Shown here: one piece after another, positions 20,473 through 29,633 of the stretch | How the letters are laid out: the number at the start of each line of letters is the position of its first letter | Numbering within the stretch: position 1 is the stretch's first letter | Source of the DNA: a bacterium BRH_c32 | GTDB lineage: Bacteria > Bacteroidota > Ignavibacteria > Ignavibacteriales > Melioribacteraceae | DNA length: 64,000 nucleotides | Reading direction: 5' to 3' | NCBI GenBank assembly: GCA_001516025.1 | Contig: LOEU01000034.1 | Span: 15,468 to 79,467 of the forward strand | Translations under genes and position numbers: made by a program | Notes under the pieces: model-generated | The model's database searches: none | Seen by the model: the letters and a program-made list of their open reading frames with translations, nothing else | Told to the model about the DNA's origin: nothing

Positions 20473-21201
20473 TTGGAAGAACGTTTGTCAACACTCTATG
20501 AGTTGCAAGTAATCGATAATCAGCTAGATGAATTAGAAGAGCTGAGAGGCGATTTACCGCTTGCAGTCAATGATCTCACGGGTCAGATTAATACTTTTAA
20601 AAATCAGATCGAATCTAAAAATACCGAGAAGAAAAAATCTCTCGATAAAAGATCATCGAATGAAGATGAGATAGAAAGACTCAAAGAGAATTTGAAAAAA
20701 TTCAAAGCTCAGTTATATCAAGTGCGTAATAATAAAGAGTATGATGCACTCACTAAAGAGATAGATCATTCCGAAGAAACAGTAACAAAATTGGAAAGCG
20801 AGAATAAGGCAATTGAAGAACTCGTTGAGAAACTAAAGATAGAAGTAAAAGATATCGAACCGCAGTTAGATGTTCTTAATGAAGAATTAAAAGAAAAAGA
20901 GAATGAATTAAAGCAGATCATAAAAGGAAACGAAAGAGAAGAAGCGAAATTAAAAACTAAGCGCGATCAGATAGTAGCAAAGATTAAGAAACCCGATTAT
21001 AACACATATATGAGAATCAGGAAAGCATTGGATGGCAAGGCGATAGTAACGATAAGCCGAGCTGCATGCACGGGATGCCACAACGTAGTTCCTCCGCAGA
21101 GACAATTGGAAGTGAAGCAATCGAAAAGATTGTATTCATGTGAATCATGCGGAAGGATATTGATATCACCCGATATAGCATCGAGCATCGATTCGAAATA
21201 A
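20473..21201 (+). CDS. Coiled-coil protein with C4 zinc ribbon (COG1579/DUF164 type), usual Nif3 neighbour
   Basis: 242 aa. The N-terminal three quarters form a long heptad-rich coiled coil. The C-terminus carries C.GC...C..CGR (CTGCHNV...CESCGRIL). Confidence 0.75.
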   Translation: MEERLSTLYELQVIDNQLDELEELRGDLPLAVNDLTGQINTFKNQIESKNTEKKKSLDKRSSNEDEIERLKENLKKFKAQLYQVRNNKEYDALTKEIDHSEETVTKLESENKAIEELVEKLKIEVKDIEPQLDVLNEELKEKENELKQIIKGNEREEAKLKTKRDQIVAKIKKPDYNTYMRIRKALDGKAIVTISRAACTGCHNVVPPQRQLEVKQSKRLYSCESCGRILISPDIASSIDSK

Positions 21202-21205
21202 AACA

Positions 21206-21224
21206 ATAGACGAAAGTCTATTTT
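21206..21224 (+). terminator. Small GAAA-tetraloop terminator right after the zinc-ribbon gene
   Basis: ATAGAC-GAAA-GTCTAT followed by TTTT. Confidence 0.55.
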
Positions 21225-21294
21225 CATAAATACATTATTGTTGGGAATTTACAATCAGAACTCTTCCCAAAAATTATTGTAATTGATTAAAATT

Positions 21295-21331
21295 AAAAAC
21301 CCCGAACCGGAATTACGGTAAGGGGTTTTTT
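21295..21331. terminator. Bidirectional terminator between convergent genes
   Basis: AAAAACCCC...ACCG/CGGT...GGGGTTTTTT, with an A-run on one side and a T-run on the other. Confidence 0.7.
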
Positions 21332-21402
21332 GTTAAATATAATGTGATTGATTGTATGCCTAAACGAGATAGCTTTTAAAAATTACATAATATTATAATG
21401 AG

Positions 21403-21861
21403 CTATTTCAATACTGCACTAAGAAGGTTCATTGTAGAATTTCCTCCGGAAGCACCAACATAACTTAGAACTACGGGAATAAACTTATTGACCATATCGC
21501 TTTTCATTCCAAGCTTTGTAAATAAAGGAATGAGAGCAGCAACTGTCCCGATAGTTCCTTTAGAACCCGTTAATCCAATAGCAGAAGTAATTAAATCGTT
21601 TGAACCGGGGATTGCATTAGCAACTTTTAAGAAATCAGATGCCGATAATTTCCCTTTAACTAAATTAAGAATGGAACCCACTCCACCGACTGCTTGATTT
21701 TTAGTAACTCCGAGTTGACTTGTAACAGACTCAATTAATCCCAATTTTGTATTGTCTTGGATCTTTTTGCCCATATTTTTTAATTGGTCAAATTGTGCAT
21801 TCATTGTTGTTGAGAAAACAATTGAAATAATAATAAATAGAAATATTTTGAGATTTCTCAT
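21403..21861 (-). CDS. DUF2780-like secreted protein
   Basis: The track ORF extends to 22023, but ATG at 21861 gives a clean signal peptide MRNLKIFLFIIISIVFSTTMNAQ. The segment GVTKNQAVGGVGSILNLVKGKLSASDF resembles DUF2780. Confidence 0.55.
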   Translation of the reverse strand: MRNLKIFLFIIISIVFSTTMNAQFDQLKNMGKKIQDNTKLGLIESVTSQLGVTKNQAVGGVGSILNLVKGKLSASDFLKVANAIPGSNDLITSAIGLTGSKGTIGTVAALIPLFTKLGMKSDMVNKFIPVVLSYVGASGGNSTMNLLSAVLK

Positions 21862-22087
21862 TTTTACGCCTGTGTTAATTTTTATTAAATACAAAATTAC
21901 TAAAACAAGCTCATAGTTGAAATAAAATGATTGATATAGGAGATAATCTATTTCCCATACATTTGTAGAGCATTCGAATCTTCTTTGAAGTTTCTGTATA
22001 TATTTATTAGATTCTAATTGCAATAATAATTCTAAATATCCGCTATTATTTTTGTGTAAAACTGATTAAAGGAAGAGGGATAATCGA

Positions 22088-22543
22088 ATGTTTACTACTG
22101 TACGTTATTTCGTTAAGACGAGTATTATATTCTTGGTGCTGGGGATACTCACCGGTCTATATATGTCATACACAAAGTATATCGGTAAAACGGGATACTC
22201 GCTCGAACTTCTATCGGCGCATACTCACGTGATACTTGTCGGCTCGGTAATGATGATGATAATGGGAGTGGCATTATGGTTTTTCCCAAGAGCCGAAAAA
22301 TCCGATACCAAATATAATCCAACTCTGATTCTTGCTGTTTACTGGGTTATGACGATTTCAACAGGCGGAAGATTTATAACTCAAGCGATAAAGAGTTTTT
22401 ACTGGTTAGAATTTCTCGATATTTTTATCTTCACTTTCTCCGCACTCCAGATAGTTGGGATGATCTTATTCTTCTATTCGATATGGGGGAGAATCCGCTC
22501 GGTCGGAAGTCATATACGTGAAGCTAAAGGAGAAAAATTTTAG
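22088..22543 (+). CDS. Four-TM membrane protein resembling helix X of heme-copper oxidase subunit I
   Basis: 151 aa with four hydrophobic spans. AHTHVILVGSVMMMIMGVALWFFP aligns by eye with the COX1 helix X segment [24 protein letters not shown], including both His. Confidence 0.5.
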   Translation: MFTTVRYFVKTSIIFLVLGILTGLYMSYTKYIGKTGYSLELLSAHTHVILVGSVMMMIMGVALWFFPRAEKSDTKYNPTLILAVYWVMTISTGGRFITQAIKSFYWLEFLDIFIFTFSALQIVGMILFFYSIWGRIRSVGSHIREAKGEKF

Positions 22544-22546
22544 CAA

Positions 22547-23899
22547 TTAGTTCTTTAGAATGTGATTTAGTGCCGAGGAGATATCGGACGAGCCGATTAT
22601 TTTTATTTTATTTTTAGATTTTATCGATTTTAGACTTGAAGTAGGAACTATTATCTTTTCGAAGCCAAGCTTCTCCGCTTCCTGAATTCTTTTCTCGATA
22701 TTAGATATTGAACGAACTTCGCCTCCGAGACCTACTTCACCAAGGACTACGGCTTTTGAATCGGCAAATTTATCTTTGAAATTAGATGCAACGGCAGCAC
22801 ATACAGCAAGATCAATCGCCGGTTCATCAATCTTTATTCCACCTGCAATATTCAAAAATACATTTTGATTCGAGAGACGGAAACCCGCACGTTTTTCGAG
22901 CACCGCTAATAAAATCGAAAGACGTCGAATATCAAACCCGGTCGTAACGCGCTGCGGATTGCCATAGGCAGATGGCGTTACGAGTGCCTGCACTTCGAGC
23001 AATATCGGACGGCTTCCTTCGATGCTGCATGTAATCACCGAACCTGTAACTTCGGTTTCACGCGAACTTAAAAATATTTCGCTCGGATTTTTTACTTCTT
23101 CCAATCCCGATTCATTCATATCGAAAATACCAATTTCGTTCGTGCTTCCGAATCGGTTTTTCTGACTTCTTAATATTCTATATGAATGATTTTTTTCACC
23201 TTCAAATTGAAGCACGGTATCGACAATATGTTCTAGCACTTTTGGACCGGCGATCATTCCATCTTTGGTTACGTGTCCTACAACTATAATCGAGCATCCT
23301 TTGGTCTTTGCGAGTTTCATTAATTCGGAAGTGGATTCACGGATCTGCGTGATAGTGCCCGCTGCGTTTTGAAGATCGGGTTTATATATAGTTTGAATAG
23401 AATCGATAATTACAAATTTTGGGTCTTCCTTTTCTATAGCCGATAAAATATAATCAAGATTTGTTTCGGGGAGGACGGAGATAGAATCGGGATTTACTTT
23501 TAATCTTTTTGCTCGACCGCTAATTTGGTTAAGGGATTCTTCGCCCGTTACATAAAGCACGGGAGCATTAATTTTAGAAGCGGCTTGAAGTACGAGAGTT
23601 GATTTTCCTATTCCGGGATCTCCGCCGAGAAGTATTACCGAGCCGGATATTAATCCGCCGCCAAGCACACGATCAAATTCTTCTATATTCGTTTTAAGCC
23701 GAACTTCTTTTTCGTTTGAGTTATATGATAATTTGAAGGTTTCGGTATTCGTAATATATTTTTTTACTTCACGTTTTTTGTCTTCTACTAATTCTTCTGT
23801 AAACGTATTCCAATTATCGCAAGTGGGGCATTTGCCAAGCCATTTAATTGTTTCATACCCGCATTCGGAGCAGATATATTTAGTTCTAAGCTTTGCCAA
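22547..23899 (-). CDS. radA: DNA repair protein RadA/Sms
   Basis: 450 aa with zinc finger CSECGY...CPTC, Walker A GDPGIGKST, the KNRFG motif and a Lon-like C-terminal domain. Confidence 0.95.
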   Translation of the reverse strand: MAKLRTKYICSECGYETIKWLGKCPTCDNWNTFTEELVEDKKREVKKYITNTETFKLSYNSNEKEVRLKTNIEEFDRVLGGGLISGSVILLGGDPGIGKSTLVLQAASKINAPVLYVTGEESLNQISGRAKRLKVNPDSISVLPETNLDYILSAIEKEDPKFVIIDSIQTIYKPDLQNAAGTITQIRESTSELMKLAKTKGCSIIVVGHVTKDGMIAGPKVLEHIVDTVLQFEGEKNHSYRILRSQKNRFGSTNEIGIFDMNESGLEEVKNPSEIFLSSRETEVTGSVITCSIEGSRPILLEVQALVTPSAYGNPQRVTTGFDIRRLSILLAVLEKRAGFRLSNQNVFLNIAGGIKIDEPAIDLAVCAAVASNFKDKFADSKAVVLGEVGLGGEVRSISNIEKRIQEAEKLGFEKIIVPTSSLKSIKSKNKIKIIGSSDISSALNHILKN

Positions 23900-23900
23900 T

Positions 23901-24632
23901 TTATATTCCTGTTCTGCGAATGAAATTAACGGCTACCTGATCATCTGAATCAAGAAGTTCCTGCGGAGTGCCGGTGAAATAAATTTTACCGTTATGAACC
24001 ATCGCAACTCTATCGGCAGTATTGCGGACGCTAACCATATCGTGAGTAACGACAATAGAAGTAACGTCCAATTTATCCGATAGACTTCTAATGAGTTCAT
24101 CGATCGAATCGGACATAATTGGGTCAAGTCCTGTGGTGGGTTCATCATAGAGAATATAATCGGGATCAGTAACGAGAGCACGGGCTAATCCTACACGTTT
24201 TTTCATACCGCCGGATAGTTCGGATGGCTTTAATTTCTGTGTTCCGGGAAGACCGACAAGATTTAATTTATCTTCCACGATCGAATCGATTTTTTCTTTT
24301 GTGATTGCTTGGTTATTTTCTACCAATGGTAAAGAGATATTTTCTTCTACCGTCATTGAATCAAAAAGAGCAGCTCCCTGAAACAGGAAGCCGAATTTTT
24401 TTCTTACTTCATATAATTCTTTTTTTGAAAGAGAAGAAATATTCTTTCCTTCAATTTTTACTTCACCTTGATCGGGTTCAAGCAATCCGACAATATTTTT
24501 AAGGAGAACCGATTTACCGCTGCCGCTTTTTCCGATAATAGCGAGCGATTCCCCTTTATTAATAGTAAGATTAATCCCTTGAAGGACATTATTAGAGCCG
24601 AAGCTCTTATGTAAATCTATTATTTCAATCAT
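23901..24632 (-). CDS. ABC transporter ATP-binding protein, MlaF/Ttg2A-like
   Basis: Start reset to ATG 24632 (MIEIIDLHKSF). It has Walker A GKSGSGKS, signature LSGGMKKRV and Walker B ILYDEP. Confidence 0.9.
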   Translation of the reverse strand: MIEIIDLHKSFGSNNVLQGINLTINKGESLAIIGKSGSGKSVLLKNIVGLLEPDQGEVKIEGKNISSLSKKELYEVRKKFGFLFQGAALFDSMTVEENISLPLVENNQAITKEKIDSIVEDKLNLVGLPGTQKLKPSELSGGMKKRVGLARALVTDPDYILYDEPTTGLDPIMSDSIDELIRSLSDKLDVTSIVVTHDMVSVRNTADRVAMVHNGKIYFTGTPQELLDSDDQVAVNFIRRTGI

Positions 24633-25899
24633 TCTCTTTTGGAGCGATTTCCGCCACCGTTCTGTTCTTTTTATTTCGCGAAATGAACATAAATGCAATT
24701 AAAACGAGAACAATTGCTGCTGCGGCAATTGCGATATAAATCCAATATCCTGCGAATCCACCGGGATCAACTTTTTCTTTCCATTGAGCAAATCGAGTTT
24801 CGATAGTATCTTTTTGCGCTTCGGTAAGGAGATTGTTCTCTATCAAAATCGGAACCCAATTCGGTTTTACCTGCTGAAACCAAACAGAATCGGTAAAAGT
24901 GTAAAATGTTTCTTTTGATTCGCTGCTTCTTTTTACTCCGAGATTTTTTACTTCATCATCAATAAAAGTGGTGATACTTTCGGTAAAATCATCACCATTC
25001 TTAAAATTCATTAAGGTAATATTTTTCTCTCTGAAGGCTTGATTAATACTGCTCCAGATTTCGTTATTGATTCTAAAATTCCACTGTCGGAAAAGTTCAT
25101 CAATGCCCGCTATTTGGCGTGCACGATTAGCTTGATTAAGATAAATCTGTGAAAGTTTAGGTCCGATCTGACGCCAAGTTTTAGAAAATTCTTTATACTG
25201 CTCTTTCATATCGGAAAGGTCATCGGCAGTCAAAGAAGTAACTTTCATAAATTGAATATTATCGCTGATAGTTCTTTCTACGTTATAGAAAAGATTTCCG
25301 GTTTCCACTTTTTTGAAGATTGCGGTTTTTTCGGCATCGTTTAATGATGACGGAGCGGAAGTAAATTCCTGAAGGAGACTATCGACAATGCCTTTTACCA
25401 ATTCATCGCGCTCTTTGATATTCGCTTTAAGAGAAGCCACTAATCGATTGAGTGAATTGATTGTCGCTTGATCTTTCTTTTGGCTAAACTGAAGGTCTTT
25501 AATTTGAACCAATAGAGAAGCGTTTTGATCGTTGAGTTCGGTGAGAGCAGTTTTAAGAGTGCCGACTTCGGTTTGAAGATCAACAATCTGAGTAAAATCT
25601 CCCTTTCTTAATTCAGCGGCTTTTTCGAGTTTTTCGATTGCCGAAGAAAAATTATCGGGATAAAGTGTTTTATCGAGAAGAGCTTTGTGGTCTGCAAATT
25701 CATTTTTGAATGCAGCTATCGATTCTACTAAAGCGTCAACTTCCTCGAGAGTAATTGCATCTTTAATTTTTTGTTCAAGTGATGCGTATTTATTTTTGAA
25801 GTTTTGTGTTTTCTCATAATCGGACTGCGCATTAATTGCGGTTATAAATCCGAAAAACAAAACGAGAATCAGCGATTTTTTAAAAATTGTGAAGAACAT
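24625..25899 (-). CDS. Hypothetical periplasmic coiled-coil protein with C-terminal membrane anchor
   Basis: ATG 25899 is preceded by GAGGGG. It has a signal peptide ending INAQ, long coiled-coil-like segments, and a single C-terminal TM (GYWIYIAIAAAAIVLVLIAFMFI) followed by a basic tail. Confidence 0.6.
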   Translation of the reverse strand: MFFTIFKKSLILVLFFGFITAINAQSDYEKTQNFKNKYASLEQKIKDAITLEEVDALVESIAAFKNEFADHKALLDKTLYPDNFSSAIEKLEKAAELRKGDFTQIVDLQTEVGTLKTALTELNDQNASLLVQIKDLQFSQKKDQATINSLNRLVASLKANIKERDELVKGIVDSLLQEFTSAPSSLNDAEKTAIFKKVETGNLFYNVERTISDNIQFMKVTSLTADDLSDMKEQYKEFSKTWRQIGPKLSQIYLNQANRARQIAGIDELFRQWNFRINNEIWSSINQAFREKNITLMNFKNGDDFTESITTFIDDEVKNLGVKRSSESKETFYTFTDSVWFQQVKPNWVPILIENNLLTEAQKDTIETRFAQWKEKVDPGGFAGYWIYIAIAAAAIVLVLIAFMFISRNKKNRTVAEIAPKEND

Positions 25900-25900
25900 A

Positions 25901-26347
25901 TTATTTCCCCTCAATCCCTTTATTTGTAAAATAAGTTTTTAATCCATTATCTATTAATTCGATGGAGTTGTTTTTTTGATTCATAACGGGAGATTTCAAA
26001 CCGGCTTGAGAAACGGGAATAATATTTTCTACCTTCATACCGTTTTCTTGAGTCATAAGAACATAGACATTTTTAAATTCATTACCGGTGGCGTAGTAAT
26101 AACCTTTAGCGTCACGGATAATTCTTAACTCTTTACCTTTGAAAGAAGTAGAATCTTTAAATTCTTCGTTGAAGAGATTTTTCACATTTATTCTGAAAGT
26201 ATATCTAGTCTCAGAAACAAAGCCGAGATCATCAACCTTAAGAACATTCTCAATAGGCCAGCTATAATCAGCGGGTTGAAGAACGATTGATGAACAGGCG
26301 GCAGTGCCAAGTAAGATAAGGGAAAGAAAAAACGCTTTTGATTTCAT
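25901..26347 (-). CDS. Hypothetical lipoprotein
   Basis: 148 aa with lipobox LLGTAAC. No family recognised. Confidence 0.55.
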   Translation of the reverse strand: MKSKAFFLSLILLGTAACSSIVLQPADYSWPIENVLKVDDLGFVSETRYTFRINVKNLFNEEFKDSTSFKGKELRIIRDAKGYYYATGNEFKNVYVLMTQENGMKVENIIPVSQAGLKSPVMNQKNNSIELIDNGLKTYFTNKGIEGK

Positions 26348-26429
26348 TGCAATTTCCTTTTTTATTTAACAAATAAACATAATGAATTGTGAAATGATTT
26401 GTTAGATTTGTTTATAAAATAGTAAGGTT

Positions 26430-27617
26430 TTGGTGAGATTCAAAGCAAAAATTGCTAATCCGTGGCGTGGATTAAAGGGAATTCCAAAAAATATATGGCT
26501 TCTATCGGTGGGAACCCTAATAAATCGGTCGGGAACTATGGTTCTCCCGTTCCTCGCTCTCTATTTTGCCAAGGAATTAAAAGTATCAGTATCCGAAGCC
26601 GGATTGGCATTAGTGGCGTTCGGATTAGGTTCATTAATTTCGGCTCCGTTTGTAGGGCGACTTTCGGATAGGTTCGGACCGCTTTCGATAATGAAGCTCT
26701 CGTTGTTCACTTCGGGATTCATGCTATTCTTATTCTCATTTATCGATAATTACAATATTGCACTTATAGTAACATTTCTTTGGTCGGCACTTTCGGAAGC
26801 ATTTCGTCCTGCGAATCTGACATTTATAAGTAAAGAGACAGCACCGGAGCAGAGGAAGACAGCTTTTGCTCTAAATCGAATTGCCATAAATCTAGGTATG
26901 AGCATCGGACCGGTGATAGGCGGAATATTGGCTTATTATAATTATCATCTTTTGTTTTATGTGGATGGTATTACTTCGATTATGGCAGCCGGATTTTTGA
27001 TGATTTCACCTTTTGAAAAATTTCACGAGGAAGAGGTAATAAGGGAAGCAGTTCTAGCTCCGCAGAAAATCTATAAAGACAAAAGATTTATCTATTATAT
27101 ATTGGCGTTATTGCCCGTGGAGTTTGTTTTCTTCCAGCATCTTGGAGCAGTACCGATCTATTTTGTAAAAGAGCTTCATTATACAGAAGCTATATACGGA
27201 ATATTAATGGCAATTAATACAGTGATAATAATTTTCGTAGAAGTACCATTAAATAGCTCAATGTCCCATTGGCGTGATAGCTCGTCATTGGCATTGGGGT
27301 CTTTGCTTTGTGCTATTGGTTTTGGAATGATGGCGTTCTCGGCGAATATCTATTATTTGGTTTTATCGATTATAGTATGGACATTCGGGGAGATGATCTT
27401 TTTCCCATCATCTGCATCGTTTTTATCCAATATCGCTCCCAAAGATAAAGTGGGTGAGTATATGGGCTATTACCAGATGAATTTTAGTTTCTCGTTTATG
27501 GTAGCTCCATGGTTAGGAGCAATAGTACTTGAAAATTATGGTAGCACATTTTTATGGGGAGCAACGTTTATTGCAGGAAGTATTTCGACTTGGTTATTAT
27601 ACAGATTAAAGAGATAG
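26430..27617 (+). CDS. MFS transporter
   Basis: 395 aa with about 12 hydrophobic spans and the MFS loop motif GRLSDRFGP. The start could be GTG 26433. Confidence 0.8.
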   Translation: MVRFKAKIANPWRGLKGIPKNIWLLSVGTLINRSGTMVLPFLALYFAKELKVSVSEAGLALVAFGLGSLISAPFVGRLSDRFGPLSIMKLSLFTSGFMLFLFSFIDNYNIALIVTFLWSALSEAFRPANLTFISKETAPEQRKTAFALNRIAINLGMSIGPVIGGILAYYNYHLLFYVDGITSIMAAGFLMISPFEKFHEEEVIREAVLAPQKIYKDKRFIYYILALLPVEFVFFQHLGAVPIYFVKELHYTEAIYGILMAINTVIIIFVEVPLNSSMSHWRDSSSLALGSLLCAIGFGMMAFSANIYYLVLSIIVWTFGEMIFFPSSASFLSNIAPKDKVGEYMGYYQMNFSFSFMVAPWLGAIVLENYGSTFLWGATFIAGSISTWLLYRLKR

Positions 27618-27704
27618 GAAGAGCAATTTTAGACTTTGATTTTAACAATAGATATGTTGTATTTTATTGATGATCTTATATTACCAATCAAAAAGGGGTG
27701 TCAG

Positions 27705-28280
27705 ATGAAGAATGGAATTAACTTACTTATAGTTTTATTAGTATTTCTCGGTAGTACTTTTAACTTAGCGCAGGAAAATGAAGAAGCTACTATGGCAGCG
27801 TGGAAGGAGTATATGACTCCAAGTGAATTTCATGCAGAAATGGCAAAATATTCAGGCGATTATTCAACAGAAAACACTATGTGGATAGGTCCCGGGACAG
27901 AACCACTTACAGAAAAAGGAGAAGCAAAATTAGAAATGATTCTTGGCGGAAGATATCTAAAGACATCTCACTTTGGAAGTTTTATGGGGACTCCATTTGA
28001 AGGTGTAGGTATTGATGCATTTGATAATATTACAAAAGAAGTTACAAGTGTTTGGTATGATAACATGGGTACGGGAGCTATGATAATGAAGGGCTCTTGG
28101 GATAAAGCATCGGGAAAAGTCAGTTTAAAAGGGACTACAACTGATCCGATGTCAAAAATGTCAACAAATGTTAGAGAAGTCATTACGTATTCAAATGGCA
28201 ATAAAATTGTGGTCGAAATGTTTAATATGTCGAATGGTGCTGAATATAAAAGTATGGAAATGGTTTGCATAAAAAAATAA
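27705..28280 (+). CDS. DUF1579-like secreted protein
   Basis: ATG 27705 follows AAAAGGGG and gives a signal peptide. The block MILGGRYL...FEGVGIDAFDN...VWYDNMGTG resembles DUF1579. Confidence 0.55.
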   Translation: MKNGINLLIVLLVFLGSTFNLAQENEEATMAAWKEYMTPSEFHAEMAKYSGDYSTENTMWIGPGTEPLTEKGEAKLEMILGGRYLKTSHFGSFMGTPFEGVGIDAFDNITKEVTSVWYDNMGTGAMIMKGSWDKASGKVSLKGTTTDPMSKMSTNVREVITYSNGNKIVVEMFNMSNGAEYKSMEMVCIKK

Positions 28281-28398
28281 AACAGAATTAAAAGTTAAAT
28301 CAGTCATTTCATTTTGATGTTGAATAAAATAAAAAGAGTGCAGAATTAGAAAGGAAATGATGTAGAGTTAATTTAGTTTGCAGTTAGATTGAAATTCA

Positions 28399-28433
28399 AA
28401 GGGGATTATCCATATGGAAGTCCCCTTTTTTTT
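28399..28433 (+). terminator. Strong intrinsic terminator closing the MFS/DUF1579 unit
   Basis: AAGGGGA...CCATATGG...TCCCCTT followed by T8. Confidence 0.8.
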
Positions 28434-28444
28434 ACAACTCAAGA

Positions 28445-28541
28445 TGTAATGTTTTTTACATTTTTTATTGACATTGTAATAAAAAATATTTAATCTGTAA
28501 TTGAAATTACTCTTATCTATCCACTTGAAAGAAATATTACA
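28445..28541. promoter_or_regulatory. Cluster of TGTAAT/ATTACA operator-like sites around that promoter
   Basis: TGTAAT occurs at 28445, 28475 and 28496, and ATTACA at 28536. There are two palindromes: TGTAA-N6-TTACA (28445-28460) and GTAAT-N4-ATTAC (28497-28510). Confidence 0.4.
28468..28496 (+). promoter_or_regulatory. Sigma70-like promoter TTGACA-17-TAATCT for the peptidase locus
   Basis: TTGACA 28468-28473, 17-nt spacer, TAATCT 28491-28496, lying 46 nt upstream of ATG 28542. Confidence 0.5.
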
Positions 28542-29633
28542 ATGAAGAACAAACGTTTATTAGAAATATTTCTCGAATTAGCCCATATTGACAGTATCTC
28601 CGGTAACGAGAAAGGTGTGTCATTATATATTCAAAACTTTTTAACCAATCTTGGATTAGCTCCATATACCGATAATTCCGAACAAAAAACGGGAAGCAAT
28701 ACCGGAAATGTAATCTGTAAAATTAATGGAGGCGGGGACTTCCTCCTTTCATCGCACATGGATACCGCACGATCTACCGCAGGATTAAAGCCGCAATTTT
28801 TAGAAGACCGAATTACCTCAGACGGAACAACCGTTCTGGGAGTAGATAACCGAGCCGGAATCGCCGTAATCCTTTGCGCTACCGAATATATAATAAAAAA
28901 TAAAATCGATTCCCAACCTTATACAATCGTTTTCCCAGTATGCGAAGAGACCACATTATTCGGCTCGCGCTATATGGAGATCGATAGAGAAATAAAAATG
29001 GGATTTGTATTCGATTCATATATGAGAACGGGAAAATTCATTGCATCTTCTTATGGTGCTGCGGGATATAAAGTAATTATTAAAGGGAAAGCATCTCATT
29101 CGGGAATAGCACCCGAAGCGGGTATCAATGCTATATCTATTGCCGTTAAAGCACTATCGAATATTAAAATCGGAAGAATAGACGAGAATACAAATGCAAA
29201 TGTAGGTTTATTAAAAGGGGGTACAGCCGTTAATGTAGTACCCGATTATGTGGAGATTGAAGGGGAAGTAAGATCGGTATATAAAGAGAAGGTTTTAGAA
29301 ATTATAGAAGAAACAAAAGAACAATTTGTAAAAGCCGCAGAAGAATTTGGCGGCAATGTGGAGTTTGTGTGGGTATGGGATTTTATGCCTTTTAAACTCA
29401 AAGAGGATTCTCCCGTTTTTCAAAAAGTTAAAGATGTAATTACAAAAAGCGGACTTACACCCGAAGAGAAATTATCTGCCGGAGGAAGCGATGCCAATTC
29501 TTATAATGGGAATGGAATCGAAGCAGTGAATCTTGGAATTGGTGCACAAAATCCTCACTCTAATGATGAATTTATTCTTTATGAAGACTTTGAAAATGCT
29601 TTCAAAATAGCTATCGAGTTAATAAAAAAATGA
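28542..29633 (+). CDS. M20-family metallopeptidase (PepT-like tri/dipeptidase), cytoplasmic
   Basis: 363 aa with no signal peptide. Metal-ligand style motifs are SSHMDT, GVDNRAG and CEETTLFG. Confidence 0.8.
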   Translation: MKNKRLLEIFLELAHIDSISGNEKGVSLYIQNFLTNLGLAPYTDNSEQKTGSNTGNVICKINGGGDFLLSSHMDTARSTAGLKPQFLEDRITSDGTTVLGVDNRAGIAVILCATEYIIKNKIDSQPYTIVFPVCEETTLFGSRYMEIDREIKMGFVFDSYMRTGKFIASSYGAAGYKVIIKGKASHSGIAPEAGINAISIAVKALSNIKIGRIDENTNANVGLLKGGTAVNVVPDYVEIEGEVRSVYKEKVLEIIEETKEQFVKAAEEFGGNVEFVWVWDFMPFKLKEDSPVFQKVKDVITKSGLTPEEKLSAGGSDANSYNGNGIEAVNLGIGAQNPHSNDEFILYEDFENAFKIAIELIKK

